DNA from: Phycisphaeraceae bacterium
Lineage (GTDB): Bacteria; Planctomycetota; Phycisphaerae; Phycisphaerales; Phycisphaeraceae
Direction of reading: 5' to 3'
DNA length: 64,000 bases
NCBI GenBank assembly: GCA_040902585.1
Contig: JBBDXA010000231.1
Coordinates: forward strand, 903-64,902
Made by a program: the position numbers and the translations under genes. The number at the start of each line of letters is the position of its first letter. Position 1 is the stretch's first letter. Shown here piece after piece: positions 34,509-43,812 of the stretch. The notes beneath the pieces were generated by a model. It was not told the origin of the DNA. It searched no databases and saw nothing but the letters and a program-made list of their open reading frames with translations.

Positions 34509-34706
34509 TCAAGACCGCATGATGCGGTGCGCCAAGGTCTCGTCGCGGTGCTTGCGCAGGTACGGAATGAACGGCGTACCGCCGGTGCCCACGTCGGTCG
34601 GATTGCTTTCGCCGGTCGATGCCTGATTCGCAACGTAGGCCTGGGCATAGTCCAGGTGGGTCGTGCGAAATCGGGCGAATTCCTCGATGCTGGAAAGGCT
34701 GCTCAC
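34509..34706 (-). CDS. Small hypothetical protein (65 aa) within the Atu-like operon
   Basis: GTG start overlapping the upstream stop. G/C-rich third codon positions. No recognisable family. Confidence 0.35.
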   Translation of the reverse strand: MSSLSSIEEFARFRTTHLDYAQAYVANQASTGESNPTDVGTGGTPFIPYLRKHRDETLAHRIMRS

Positions 34707-36589
34707 TCAGCCGAGGCGTACTGCGCCCTGAGCTTGCGGCGAATGACCTTGTTCGAGGCGGTGCGCGGCAGGCTGTCGACGAGAACCACGTCATGCACGC
34801 GGAACAGCGGGTTCAGCTCCTGTGCGATGCGGGCCTGCATCGCGGTCTTCAGCGCGGTGGTGTCGCCCGCCGCATCACTTGAAGGCACCACGAAAAGAAT
34901 CAGCCGATCCGGCCCGCCGCCCACCGGCGGTACGGCCACCGCCGCGACTTCGATCGCCCCCGTCACGGTCACCGCCACGCGTTCGATCTCAGCCGAACTC
35001 ACCTTGATACCGCCCAGGTTCATCGTGTCATCACTGCGGCCCAGCGCCTGATAAGACCCATCGACGTGGCGGCGCAACTGATCGCCATGTCGTCGCAGCG
35101 CACGACCCATCGCGTCGCCCGGGACGCCGGCGTAGTAGATTTCGTGATGATCGGCGTTGAGCAACTCGCGCGACAGACCGATCGAAGGGCCGACGAGAAA
35201 CACTTCGCCTTCGTCCGACTCGTGCCCGTCTTCGTCGAGCAGGACGAGGTCGAGCCCGATGGCGGGCGTCGTGAACGTGGAAGGCGCGTTGGGTTGAACC
35301 ATCGTCGAACTGATGTACCCGCCGCCGACCTCGGTGCCGCCGCAGTATTCGATGATGGGCTTGCCGCCGGCAAATTGCATGAGCCAGCGCATGTCGTCGG
35401 GGTTCGAGCACTCGCCGGTCGAGCTGAAGCGGGTGATGCGCGACCAGTCGAGTCCCTTGAGGCAGCAAGAGCTGCGCCAGGTTTTCACGAGCGTGGGCAC
35501 AACACCGAGCATCGTGACGCCGGCGTCCTGCACGAAGGCGCCGAATGCCCTCGTCGCGGGCGAGCCGCTGAAGAGCGCCATCGACGCCCCGCTGATCAGG
35601 CTCGCGAAGATAAGCCACGGGCCCATCATCCAGCCGAGATTCGTAGGCCAGGCGAGCACATCACCCGGGTGTACGTCATGATGCACGTGTGCATCCGTCG
35701 CACACTTGATCGGCGTCAGGTGCGTCCAGGGAATCGCCTTGGGCTCGCCGGTCGTGCCGGAGGAGAAAAGGATGTTGGCGTGATCATTCGCCGCGCGGGC
35801 CACGGATTCGAACGCATCGTTCTCGCTAAGGAACGCCTGCCAGTCAAGATCGCCATGGCGCAGGCGCACCGTCGGATGCTCGGACCTCACAACGATCACG
35901 CCCGGCGCGCCGGCGGCGCACACCTTCTCATAGAGCGGCAGCCGCTTGCCGCCGCGGATGAGCTGCTCCTGCGTGATGACCAGCTTCGCCTTGCCGATGC
36001 GAAGGCGCGTCGCGATCTCGGCGGGGGCAAAGCTGTCGGCGACGGAGACGACCACGCCACCGGCGCGGATCACGCCGAGATATGCCGCGACGGCTTCGAT
36101 CGTCATCGGCATGTCGATCGCGACGGCGTCGCCGGACTTCAGGCCCAGCGCGACCAGGCCGTTGGCGACCCTGTTCGTGAATCGCGCCAGTTGCTCGAAC
36201 GTGAGCGAGCTTTCGAAGCCCGTTTCGTCGCAGGAAAGAATCGCCGGGGCATCAGGTCGTGCGTTAAAGCAGCTATCGACGATGTTCAATACTGCATCAG
36301 GCAGCCAGCGCGGCTCATCATCGCCTTCTTCGTATGCGAACATCACGCCCGGCGCTGAAATGAAGCGAATGTTCAGCCGCTGAAGCATCAGCTTCCAGAA
36401 CGCCTTACGGTTCGCGGCGCTCCAGCGGTGCAGCTCGCGAAAATCGGCCAGTTTCAGGTGTGACAGGAGCGATGCGATGTGGGTCGCGGCGACCTGTTCG
36501 GCCGTCGGAATCCACCTAGGCGAAGATCCGCGCGAGGCATTTCGCACCGCTTCATGAGCGCCGGCGACTTGTCCGACTTGGTGATCCAT
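34703..36589 (-). CDS. AMP-dependent acyl-CoA synthetase (acetyl/acetoacetyl-CoA synthetase-like)
   Basis: LFSSGTTGEPK AMP-binding motif. 628 aa. Confidence 0.88.
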   Translation of the reverse strand: MDHQVGQVAGAHEAVRNASRGSSPRWIPTAEQVAATHIASLLSHLKLADFRELHRWSAANRKAFWKLMLQRLNIRFISAPGVMFAYEEGDDEPRWLPDAVLNIVDSCFNARPDAPAILSCDETGFESSLTFEQLARFTNRVANGLVALGLKSGDAVAIDMPMTIEAVAAYLGVIRAGGVVVSVADSFAPAEIATRLRIGKAKLVITQEQLIRGGKRLPLYEKVCAAGAPGVIVVRSEHPTVRLRHGDLDWQAFLSENDAFESVARAANDHANILFSSGTTGEPKAIPWTHLTPIKCATDAHVHHDVHPGDVLAWPTNLGWMMGPWLIFASLISGASMALFSGSPATRAFGAFVQDAGVTMLGVVPTLVKTWRSSCCLKGLDWSRITRFSSTGECSNPDDMRWLMQFAGGKPIIEYCGGTEVGGGYISSTMVQPNAPSTFTTPAIGLDLVLLDEDGHESDEGEVFLVGPSIGLSRELLNADHHEIYYAGVPGDAMGRALRRHGDQLRRHVDGSYQALGRSDDTMNLGGIKVSSAEIERVAVTVTGAIEVAAVAVPPVGGGPDRLILFVVPSSDAAGDTTALKTAMQARIAQELNPLFRVHDVVLVDSLPRTASNKVIRRKLRAQYASAE

Positions 36590-36681
36590 CTACCATTTAC
36601 TATAGGATTCATCCATGTGCCGCGCGTGCCGGCGATCGTGTCAGCCGGCCTCGCCGCGCACTTGAACGCAGGAGGCGTCCC

Positions 36682-37800
36682 ATGACTCGTTCCCCTGCCG
36701 CCCCTACTGCTCACACGCCGCGCGCCGATTCGGAGTCGAATCCGCTGGGGCTTCGCGGATTCGATCACATCGAGTTCATTGTCGATGACGCCGCAAAGTG
36801 GGCGGACTACTACGTCCGCTGCTTCGGTATGCGAAAGCGTGCGTATGGCGAACCGGAATCAGGCGTGCAGGGGCGCAAGGCGTTTGTCGTGGGCGAAGGG
36901 CGGATCAACTTCCTGCTGGCCGAGCCGGCGGGCAAGGGTGAACATGCCGACGCCTTGCGTGAGCATCTGGAGCGGCATGGCAACGGCGTGAAGGACGTGG
37001 CGTTTCGGGTGGGCGATGCGCGCCTGGCCGTTAAACGGGCGCAGGAACGCGGCGCGACGCTTGTGCGCGGCATCGACGAGACCGAGGACTTCATCGCCGG
37101 CACCATCGCCGCCTACGGCGACGTCGTGCATACCTTCATCCAGCGCAAGAGCGACCGCTTCGCGCCCGGCTACCACAACATCGCCGGCGGCATCGAGGAC
37201 ACAGACATCCAGCTCATGATGATCGACCACGTCGTCGCCAACGTCGAGCACATGGAGACGTGGGTCGAGTTCTACCATCGCGTCTTCGGATTTGATCAGA
37301 CGGCGCACTTCGACATCGATACCGGCCGCAGCGCCCTGATGAGCAAGGTCATGGGCGATGAGGACGGCTACATCAAGCTGCCGATCAACGAGCCTTCCAG
37401 CCGGAACTCGCAAATCCAGATCTTTCTCGACGACCACGGCGGCCCGGGCGTGCAGCACATCGCGCTGCACTCGAGCAACATCATCACGACGATTGAAGAG
37501 ATGCGCCGGCAAGGCGTGGAGTTTTTGCAGGTGCCCGATACGTACTACGAAGCGCTGCCGGGGCGTGTGGGGGAGATCCGCGAGGATATGGAGCGGGTGA
37601 AGGAACTGGGCATCCTCGTGGATCGCGATCGGCCGGATGGCTACCTGCTCCAGCTCTTCACGCAGCCCATCTTTCCGCGGCCGACGTTCTTCCACGAGAT
37701 CATCCAGCGCCGCGGCAACTCCGAAGGCTTCGGCGAAGGCAACTTCCGCGCCCTGTTCGAGGCGATCGAGCGCGAACAGTCGAAGCGCGGTCTGTTGTAA
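36682..37800 (+). CDS. hppD: 4-hydroxyphenylpyruvate dioxygenase
   Basis: AGGAGG SD. FDHIEFIV, GVQHIALHS, FFEIIQRRG-type HFHEIIQRRG. Confidence 0.92.
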   Translation: MTRSPAAPTAHTPRADSESNPLGLRGFDHIEFIVDDAAKWADYYVRCFGMRKRAYGEPESGVQGRKAFVVGEGRINFLLAEPAGKGEHADALREHLERHGNGVKDVAFRVGDARLAVKRAQERGATLVRGIDETEDFIAGTIAAYGDVVHTFIQRKSDRFAPGYHNIAGGIEDTDIQLMMIDHVVANVEHMETWVEFYHRVFGFDQTAHFDIDTGRSALMSKVMGDEDGYIKLPINEPSSRNSQIQIFLDDHGGPGVQHIALHSSNIITTIEEMRRQGVEFLQVPDTYYEALPGRVGEIREDMERVKELGILVDRDRPDGYLLQLFTQPIFPRPTFFHEIIQRRGNSEGFGEGNFRALFEAIEREQSKRGLL

Positions 37801-37802
37801 GA

Positions 37803-38588
37803 TTGATGAGCGATTTCACCATGCGTACACCCATTCGATTCCTTCACGACATGCAGCCCGCTTCGCATGAGGGTGCGCAAGGTTGCCCGCCCATCCGCTC
37901 CTTCCGCGATTTCTACACATTTGAAGAGCACGTGAAAACCGCCCGTGCGCAGCGCGGACTCGACATGCCGCCGGCGTGGTACGAGATTCCCGTGTTCTAT
38001 TTTTCCAACGCGGCCTCGCTCATCGGAAACGATGCACCTGTGTATGCGCCGGCCGGATCGGCGATGCTCGACTACGAACTCGAACTGGGCCTTGTCATCG
38101 GCACGGCGGGACGTGACATCTCCGAGATCGATGCCTGGGAACACGTCGCGGGCTTCACAATCGTCAACGACCTGAGCGCCCGCGACCTTCAGCGGCAGGA
38201 GATGAGCGTCGGCCTCGGCCCCGCCAAGGGGAAGGACTTCGCCACCGCCGTGGGGCCGGAGCTGGTATCGCTCGACGAGCTGCGCGATGTCATTGACGGG
38301 ACAGGGTGCCTAACATTAAGCATGGCCGCGCGGGTGAACGGCCAAGTTCTGTCCCGCGGCAACGCGCGGGACATGCACCACCCTTGGCCCAGGCTGATCG
38401 CCCATGCCTCGCGCGACGCCACCCTGCTGCCCGGCGACCTCCTGGGCAGCGGCACCGTCGGCACCGGCTGCATTCTCGAACTGGGGCCGGACAATACCGG
38501 CGGCTGGCTCAAGCCCGGCGATGTCGTCGAGCTGGAGATCGAACGGCTCGGCGTGCTGCGGACACCGATCGTCGCGCGGCCCGTTTAA
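37803..38588 (+). CDS. Fumarylacetoacetate hydrolase (FAH) family protein, short single-domain type
   Basis: LDYELELGLVIG and TIVNDLSARD motifs. Confidence 0.85.
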   Translation: MMSDFTMRTPIRFLHDMQPASHEGAQGCPPIRSFRDFYTFEEHVKTARAQRGLDMPPAWYEIPVFYFSNAASLIGNDAPVYAPAGSAMLDYELELGLVIGTAGRDISEIDAWEHVAGFTIVNDLSARDLQRQEMSVGLGPAKGKDFATAVGPELVSLDELRDVIDGTGCLTLSMAARVNGQVLSRGNARDMHHPWPRLIAHASRDATLLPGDLLGSGTVGTGCILELGPDNTGGWLKPGDVVELEIERLGVLRTPIVARPV

Positions 38589-38630
38589 CTCCCCTCCCTT
38601 CTAGGGAGGAGAGTAAGAAAGGGCGCAACA

Positions 38631-39806
38631 ATGCCTCACTATCACGCCTTGGGACAACTCCCGCCCAAACGTCACACGCGCCTGTCGCGCGAGCCTTCGC
38701 ACAGTTTCCTCGGCGAAGGCATCGCTTACGAGCACGTGATGACAACCGCGGGCTTCAACCTTGCCTACTCGATCCTGTATCACCTGCGTCCGCCGACGCG
38801 GGTCGTGCGCAGCGAGCGCGTGAACCGCTCGGCCCTGGAGCCGGTCGCGGGGCAACCGCTTCAGCATCATCATCTCAAGACGGACACGATGCCGCGCGGC
38901 GGCGATCCGATCACCGGTCGCGTGCCGCTGCTTTTCAATGAAGACGTCGTGTGCCACCGCTGCCGTCCCGCCGAGGCGCAGCAGACGCTCTACCGCAACG
39001 GCGCGGCTGACGAAGTCATCTTTGTCCACCAGGGCTCGGGCGTGCTTGAGAGCCTGTACGGCCGGCTTCCATATCGCGAGCTGGATTACATCGTCGTGCC
39101 GCGCAGCGTGACGTATCGGCTTCTGCCCGATGACGCGGCGAAGGAAGATCACCTGATCATCGAGTCGTTCAGCGATGTGCGGTTGCCGCCGCGCTATCTC
39201 AATGCGGACGGCCAGATTCAACTCGGCGCGCCGTACTATCACCGCGACTTTCATCCGCCGCGCGAGCTGATCACAATCGACCGCGAGGAAAAGACGGAGA
39301 TTCGCGTGAAGGACCGCGAGCGGGTCACGCGCGTGGTGATGGCGCATCATCCTTTCGATGTGATCGGCTGGGACGGCTGCCTGTTTCCGTACACGTTCAA
39401 CGCGATGGACTTCGAGCCGCTGACGGGCACCGTGCACCTGCCGCCGCCGTTCCAGCAGACGTTCGAGTGCCGCGGCTTCGTGATCTGCACCTTCGCGCCG
39501 CGGCATCTGGACAACCATCCGCAGGCGATCAAGGTGCCGTATGTACACAGCAACGTCGAGGCGGACGAGGTGCTGTTCTATTCGCGCGGCAACTTCGGCT
39601 CGCGGCGCGGCGTCGAGAGCGCTTCCATCACGCTGCACCCCGGCGGCATTCCACACGGTCCGCACCCCGGCACGATCGCCGCATCCATGCAGGCGCGGCA
39701 CACGAATGAGCTGGCCGTGATGTTCGACACGGAGAAGCCACTGCACGTGACGAAACACGCGATGGAGTTGAACGATCCTCAGTACCCGCTGAGTTGGATG
39801 GAGTGA
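38631..39806 (+). CDS. hmgA: Homogentisate 1,2-dioxygenase
   Basis: 391 aa. ITLHPGGIPHGPHPG and MFDT motifs. Confidence 0.9.
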   Translation: MPHYHALGQLPPKRHTRLSREPSHSFLGEGIAYEHVMTTAGFNLAYSILYHLRPPTRVVRSERVNRSALEPVAGQPLQHHHLKTDTMPRGGDPITGRVPLLFNEDVVCHRCRPAEAQQTLYRNGAADEVIFVHQGSGVLESLYGRLPYRELDYIVVPRSVTYRLLPDDAAKEDHLIIESFSDVRLPPRYLNADGQIQLGAPYYHRDFHPPRELITIDREEKTEIRVKDRERVTRVVMAHHPFDVIGWDGCLFPYTFNAMDFEPLTGTVHLPPPFQQTFECRGFVICTFAPRHLDNHPQAIKVPYVHSNVEADEVLFYSRGNFGSRRGVESASITLHPGGIPHGPHPGTIAASMQARHTNELAVMFDTEKPLHVTKHAMELNDPQYPLSWME

Positions 39807-40438
39807 CGCTGATGATTCTCGACCCGCAGACGATTCCGATCCAGGAGATGTACCGGCACATGGTCGCGTGCATCACGCCTCGGCCGATCGCGTGGGTCTC
39901 GACGTGCGACGCCGAAGGCCGGCTGAACCTGGCGCCGTTCAGCTATTTCAACGGCGTGGGCGCGAATCCGCCGGCGATCATGTTCTCACCCGTCAACCGG
40001 CGCGACGGCTCGCGCAAGGACACGGTGCTGAACATCGAAGCGACCAAGCAGTTCGTGGTCAACGTCGTTTCATTCGCGCTGGCCGACCAGATGAACCAGT
40101 CGTCGGCGGACTACGACCGTGGCGTGAGCGAGTTCGAGATGTGCGGCCTGACGCCCGAGCCTTCACAGCAGGTGAAGCCGCCGCGCGTGAAGGAAGCGGC
40201 CGTGAGCATGGAGTGTGAGTTGCACCAGATCGTGCCGGTCGGTGATGGCCCGCTGTCGGCGAACGTGATCATCGGGCGGGTCGTGCTCATGCACGTGGCC
40301 GAGTCCGTGCTCGACGCGGCGGGCCGCATCGATCCCGATCGGCTCGACACGATCGGCCGCATGGGCGGCGCGCTGTACAGCCGGACGCGCGCCCGGTTCG
40401 AGATGCCGCGTCCGAGCGTGCCGGCGATCGGTTCATGA
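39794..40438 (+). CDS. Flavin reductase-like (DIM6/NTAB) family protein
   Basis: PRPIAWVSTCDAEGRLNLAPFSYFN. An alternative start is at 39812. Confidence 0.85.
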   Translation: MDGVTLMILDPQTIPIQEMYRHMVACITPRPIAWVSTCDAEGRLNLAPFSYFNGVGANPPAIMFSPVNRRDGSRKDTVLNIEATKQFVVNVVSFALADQMNQSSADYDRGVSEFEMCGLTPEPSQQVKPPRVKEAAVSMECELHQIVPVGDGPLSANVIIGRVVLMHVAESVLDAAGRIDPDRLDTIGRMGGALYSRTRARFEMPRPSVPAIGS

Positions 40439-40450
40439 GGGAAGTGCATC

Positions 40451-41389
40451 ATGCTGAAAGCAACGACACAATCCGGCCTGACGACAACACAGGCGCCGTT
40501 CATCGAAGCCGCGCGCGGCCGCGGCGACATGTTCATCACGCAGCCGTACGAACTCTACAACGAGGAGAACCACGCCACCTGGCGCAACCTGTACGAACGC
40601 ATCCAGCCGCGCTGGGAGCAGTACGCCAACAGGACGTTTCTCAAAGGCGTCGGGAACCTCATGCTCGACCCGCGGCGCGTGCCGCGCCTGGATGACATCA
40701 ACCGCTTCCTCTCACCGCTCACCGGCTTCAAGGCCAAGGCGGTCAGCGGCTACATTCCCGCGTATCTCTTCTTCGACTGCCTGCGCCGCCGCGAGTTTCC
40801 GACCACGATTACCATCCGCGACGGGCGCGAGCTCGATTACCTGCCCGAGCCGGACATCTTTCACGACATCGCTGGGCACGTGCCCATGCACACGCACAGG
40901 CGCTTCGCCGACGTGCTCGTGCGCTTCGGCGAGCTGGCGCTGGCGGCGGCGCGCAGAGCCCAGGCGATCCGCGACGAGCACGAGCGCGTCCTGTGCGTCG
41001 AATCCGTCATCAAGGCGATGGCGCGATTCTTCTGGTTCACGATCGAGTTCGGCCTGATGAACGAAGGCGGCCAGCGCCGCGTCTACGGCAGCGGCCTGCT
41101 CAGCTCCTACGGCGAACTGGAGCACGCCGTCATGTCGCCGAAGGTCCAGCGCTACCCCATCCAGCTCGAATGGGTGATCAACCAGTCGTTCGAGATCGAC
41201 CATTACCAGCCGCTGCTATTTGTCGTGGACTCGTTCGATCACCTGTTCGATCTTGTGCATGAACTGGAAGACTGGATGCGCCAAGGCCGGCTCGACCACG
41301 TCGCACCTGGCGAGCCGCAGATCAATGAAGCGGACTTGAAGTCATTTCTGGAGGCGGAACTGGAAGGGATGGAGACGCGCAACGACTGA
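40451..41389 (+). CDS. phhA: Phenylalanine 4-monooxygenase (aromatic amino acid hydroxylase)
   Basis: PEPDIFHDIAGHVPMH iron-binding motif. FWFTIEFGL. Confidence 0.9.
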   Translation: MLKATTQSGLTTTQAPFIEAARGRGDMFITQPYELYNEENHATWRNLYERIQPRWEQYANRTFLKGVGNLMLDPRRVPRLDDINRFLSPLTGFKAKAVSGYIPAYLFFDCLRRREFPTTITIRDGRELDYLPEPDIFHDIAGHVPMHTHRRFADVLVRFGELALAAARRAQAIRDEHERVLCVESVIKAMARFFWFTIEFGLMNEGGQRRVYGSGLLSSYGELEHAVMSPKVQRYPIQLEWVINQSFEIDHYQPLLFVVDSFDHLFDLVHELEDWMRQGRLDHVAPGEPQINEADLKSFLEAELEGMETRND

Positions 41390-41570
41390 TCGATCGCTCC
41401 AAAAAGAATGCTATTGCATATCGGCCCGCCTTTCTCGCCGAGTTCGCGCTGTGCCGCAAGAACGCGTTCGACAATGACCGCACTTTTTCGGCCTGTTTGA
41501 CTGCAATTTTCCGTCCCCCGCCCGGCAGCATCCATAGCATTGGATGGTGCCTCCGGTAAGGAGATGTCCC

Positions 41571-42662
41571 ATGTTGCAAGTCAAGAACATCCCGATTCCC
41601 GGCTACGAGAAGGTCATCACGGGGATTGACGACTCCGCCGGCCTTCATGCAACGATTGCGATTCACTCGACGCTGCGCGGCCCTGCCTTGGGCGGCATTC
41701 GAATGTTTCCTTATGGAAGCCCCGACGCGGCGTTGCACGACGCGCTGCGCCTTTCGAAGGCGATGTCGCGCAAGGCCGCGATCAACGAGCTCGATGTCGG
41801 CGGCGGCAAGGCCGTGATCATGGGCGACCCGCGGAAGGACAAGACGCGCGCCTTGCTGAGGGCGATGGGCCGACTCATCGAAACGGCAAAGGGCAATTAC
41901 ATCGGCGCGGAGGACGCGGGCATCAGCACGGGCGACATGGATGTGATCGCCAAGTCGACTTCGCACGTCACCGGACTTTCGCCCGAGCGCGGCGGCAGCG
42001 GCGATCCTTCGCAGACCACGGCGCAGGGCGTCATGCTCGGCATGCGCGCGGCCCTGCGCCACAAGCTTCATCGCGATGCGCTGCCCGGCGTTCGCGTCGC
42101 CATCCAGGGTCTCGGCAAGGTCGGTTGGCGGCTCGCCGAACTCCTGGCCCGCGCCGGCGCGTCGCTGGTCGTCAGCGACCTGGACGAGCGAAAATGCAGA
42201 GACGCGGCCGATCGCTGGGGCGCACGCATCGTTCCACCGCAGGAGATCCACGCGGCCGACGCGGACGTCTTAGCACCCTGCGCCATGGGCGGCGCGCTGA
42301 ATGCCGAGTCGATCCCGCAGATCCGCGCTGCGATCGTGGCGGGCTCGGCGAACAACCAGTTTGACGATGAAACGGCAGGCCCCGCATCGCTGCACGCGCG
42401 CGACATCCTGCACGCTCCGGACTATGTCATCAATGCCGGCGGCCTTATCCGCGTCTACGTGCGCGAGATTCTCAAGAACCACAACCTCGGCCCCTGGCTG
42501 CGGCGCATCGATCAGACGCTGGGCATCATCTTCGAGCGCAGCGACATGACCGGCGATCCGCCCATGCGCATCGCCGATGAGTTGGCCAGGCAACGCCTGG
42601 TTCCGCCGGCCGAGACGGCAACAATTCACCACGATGAACCCTGCCTGGGCGGTGCCAGATGA
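41571..42662 (+). CDS. Leu/Phe/Val dehydrogenase (Glu/Leu/Phe/Val dehydrogenase family)
   Basis: AAGGAG SD. Start at MLQVKNI. GPALGGIRMFPY and VGGGKAVI (catalytic Lys). Confidence 0.88.
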   Translation: MLQVKNIPIPGYEKVITGIDDSAGLHATIAIHSTLRGPALGGIRMFPYGSPDAALHDALRLSKAMSRKAAINELDVGGGKAVIMGDPRKDKTRALLRAMGRLIETAKGNYIGAEDAGISTGDMDVIAKSTSHVTGLSPERGGSGDPSQTTAQGVMLGMRAALRHKLHRDALPGVRVAIQGLGKVGWRLAELLARAGASLVVSDLDERKCRDAADRWGARIVPPQEIHAADADVLAPCAMGGALNAESIPQIRAAIVAGSANNQFDDETAGPASLHARDILHAPDYVINAGGLIRVYVREILKNHNLGPWLRRIDQTLGIIFERSDMTGDPPMRIADELARQRLVPPAETATIHHDEPCLGGAR

Positions 42663-43735
42663 TTCGACCTCTGACCCATGATGACCGCGGCACGATCGGC
42701 AGCGGCGACGATTCGCTGTCCGTCGAACGCTGTCTGGAGATCCATCGCCTGATGGTCCGCGCCCGCGCGATGGAGTTGCGGATGATCAAAATGAGCAAGT
42801 CCGGCGAGGGCTATTTCTGGATCGGCGGCCCGGGCGAAGAGGCGTTCAACGTCTGCCTGGGCCTTCAGGTCAACCTCGGGGAAGGACCGGATTATGACTA
42901 TCTGCACCTGCATTACCGCAATAGCGCAACGATGCTGGCTATGGGCATGCCGATGATCGACGGCATTCGGCAGATGGCGATGACGCGCACCGACCCGAAC
43001 TCGATGGGCCGCAACTTCGTCGGGCACTATGCGCGGCGGGAATGGAACGTCGTGCCGGTCACGTCGGTCGTTGAGGTTCAGTACGCCATCGCACCAGGCA
43101 CGGCGCTGGTGCAAAAGCGGCATGGCGGCGATGGCATTACGATCGTCGTCGGCGGCGACGCGGGCACGGCCGAGGGCGACTTCGCTTCCTGCATGATCTG
43201 GAGCAGCCGGCCCGGCGAGGAGTTGCCCGTGCTGATGGTTGTCACCAACAACGCTTACGGCATCTCCACACCCTATGAATCGCAGCATGCCGAGCGTCAC
43301 ATCGCCGACCGCGGCAAGCCGCTGGGCATCGTGGCCGACACGATCGACGGCAACGATCCGATCGTCGCGTGGCACGGCATCGCGAAGGCGATGGAGCATT
43401 GCCGGCGCGAGCGGCAGCCCTACCTGCTGGAGGCGATGGTCTCGCGGCTGCACGGACATTCCTCATCGAGCGGCGCGAACCGGGTCGAAGATGAAGTCGA
43501 CTGCATCGAGCGTTTCGAGCGCGTGCTGCTGAAAGCCGGCGCGATCGACGAGGCTGACCTCAAGAACGTGCATGATAAAGCGCGTGCTGAAGTGGAGAAC
43601 GCGATCGCCGAGGCGATGAAGGAAGAGCAGCCGACCGCGGCGGACGTGCCGCGATTCACCTATGCGCCCAGCGAAGTAGACGCGGTCTACCCGCACGACT
43701 ACACCGGCCTGCCCGCGTGCGAGGAGCAGCCGTGA
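42659..43735 (+). CDS. bkdA1: Branched-chain 2-oxoacid dehydrogenase E1 alpha subunit
   Basis: TPP-binding GGDAGTAEGDF...NN motif. Coupled to the ldh-like gene by a 4-nt overlap. Confidence 0.9.
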   Translation: MIRPLTHDDRGTIGSGDDSLSVERCLEIHRLMVRARAMELRMIKMSKSGEGYFWIGGPGEEAFNVCLGLQVNLGEGPDYDYLHLHYRNSATMLAMGMPMIDGIRQMAMTRTDPNSMGRNFVGHYARREWNVVPVTSVVEVQYAIAPGTALVQKRHGGDGITIVVGGDAGTAEGDFASCMIWSSRPGEELPVLMVVTNNAYGISTPYESQHAERHIADRGKPLGIVADTIDGNDPIVAWHGIAKAMEHCRRERQPYLLEAMVSRLHGHSSSSGANRVEDEVDCIERFERVLLKAGAIDEADLKNVHDKARAEVENAIAEAMKEEQPTAADVPRFTYAPSEVDAVYPHDYTGLPACEEQP

Positions 43736-43812
43736 ACCGTGAGCCGTGAGCTTCAAGCCGCAAGCCGGTCACCCCCTTTGGCCCAAGGCTCGAAGCTCAC
43801 CGCTCAAAGCTC
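43736..43812. repeat. Intergenic hairpin built from heptad-periodic arms, exactly filling the bkdA1-bkdA2 gap
   Basis: Left arm CGTGAAC CGTGAGC CGTGAGC TTCAAGC CGCAAGC. Right arm GGCTCGA AGCTCAC CGCTCAA AGCTCAT. GAGCCGTGAGCTTCAAGCC pairs with GGCTCGAAGCTCACCGCTC at 17 of 19 positions. Confidence 0.7.
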
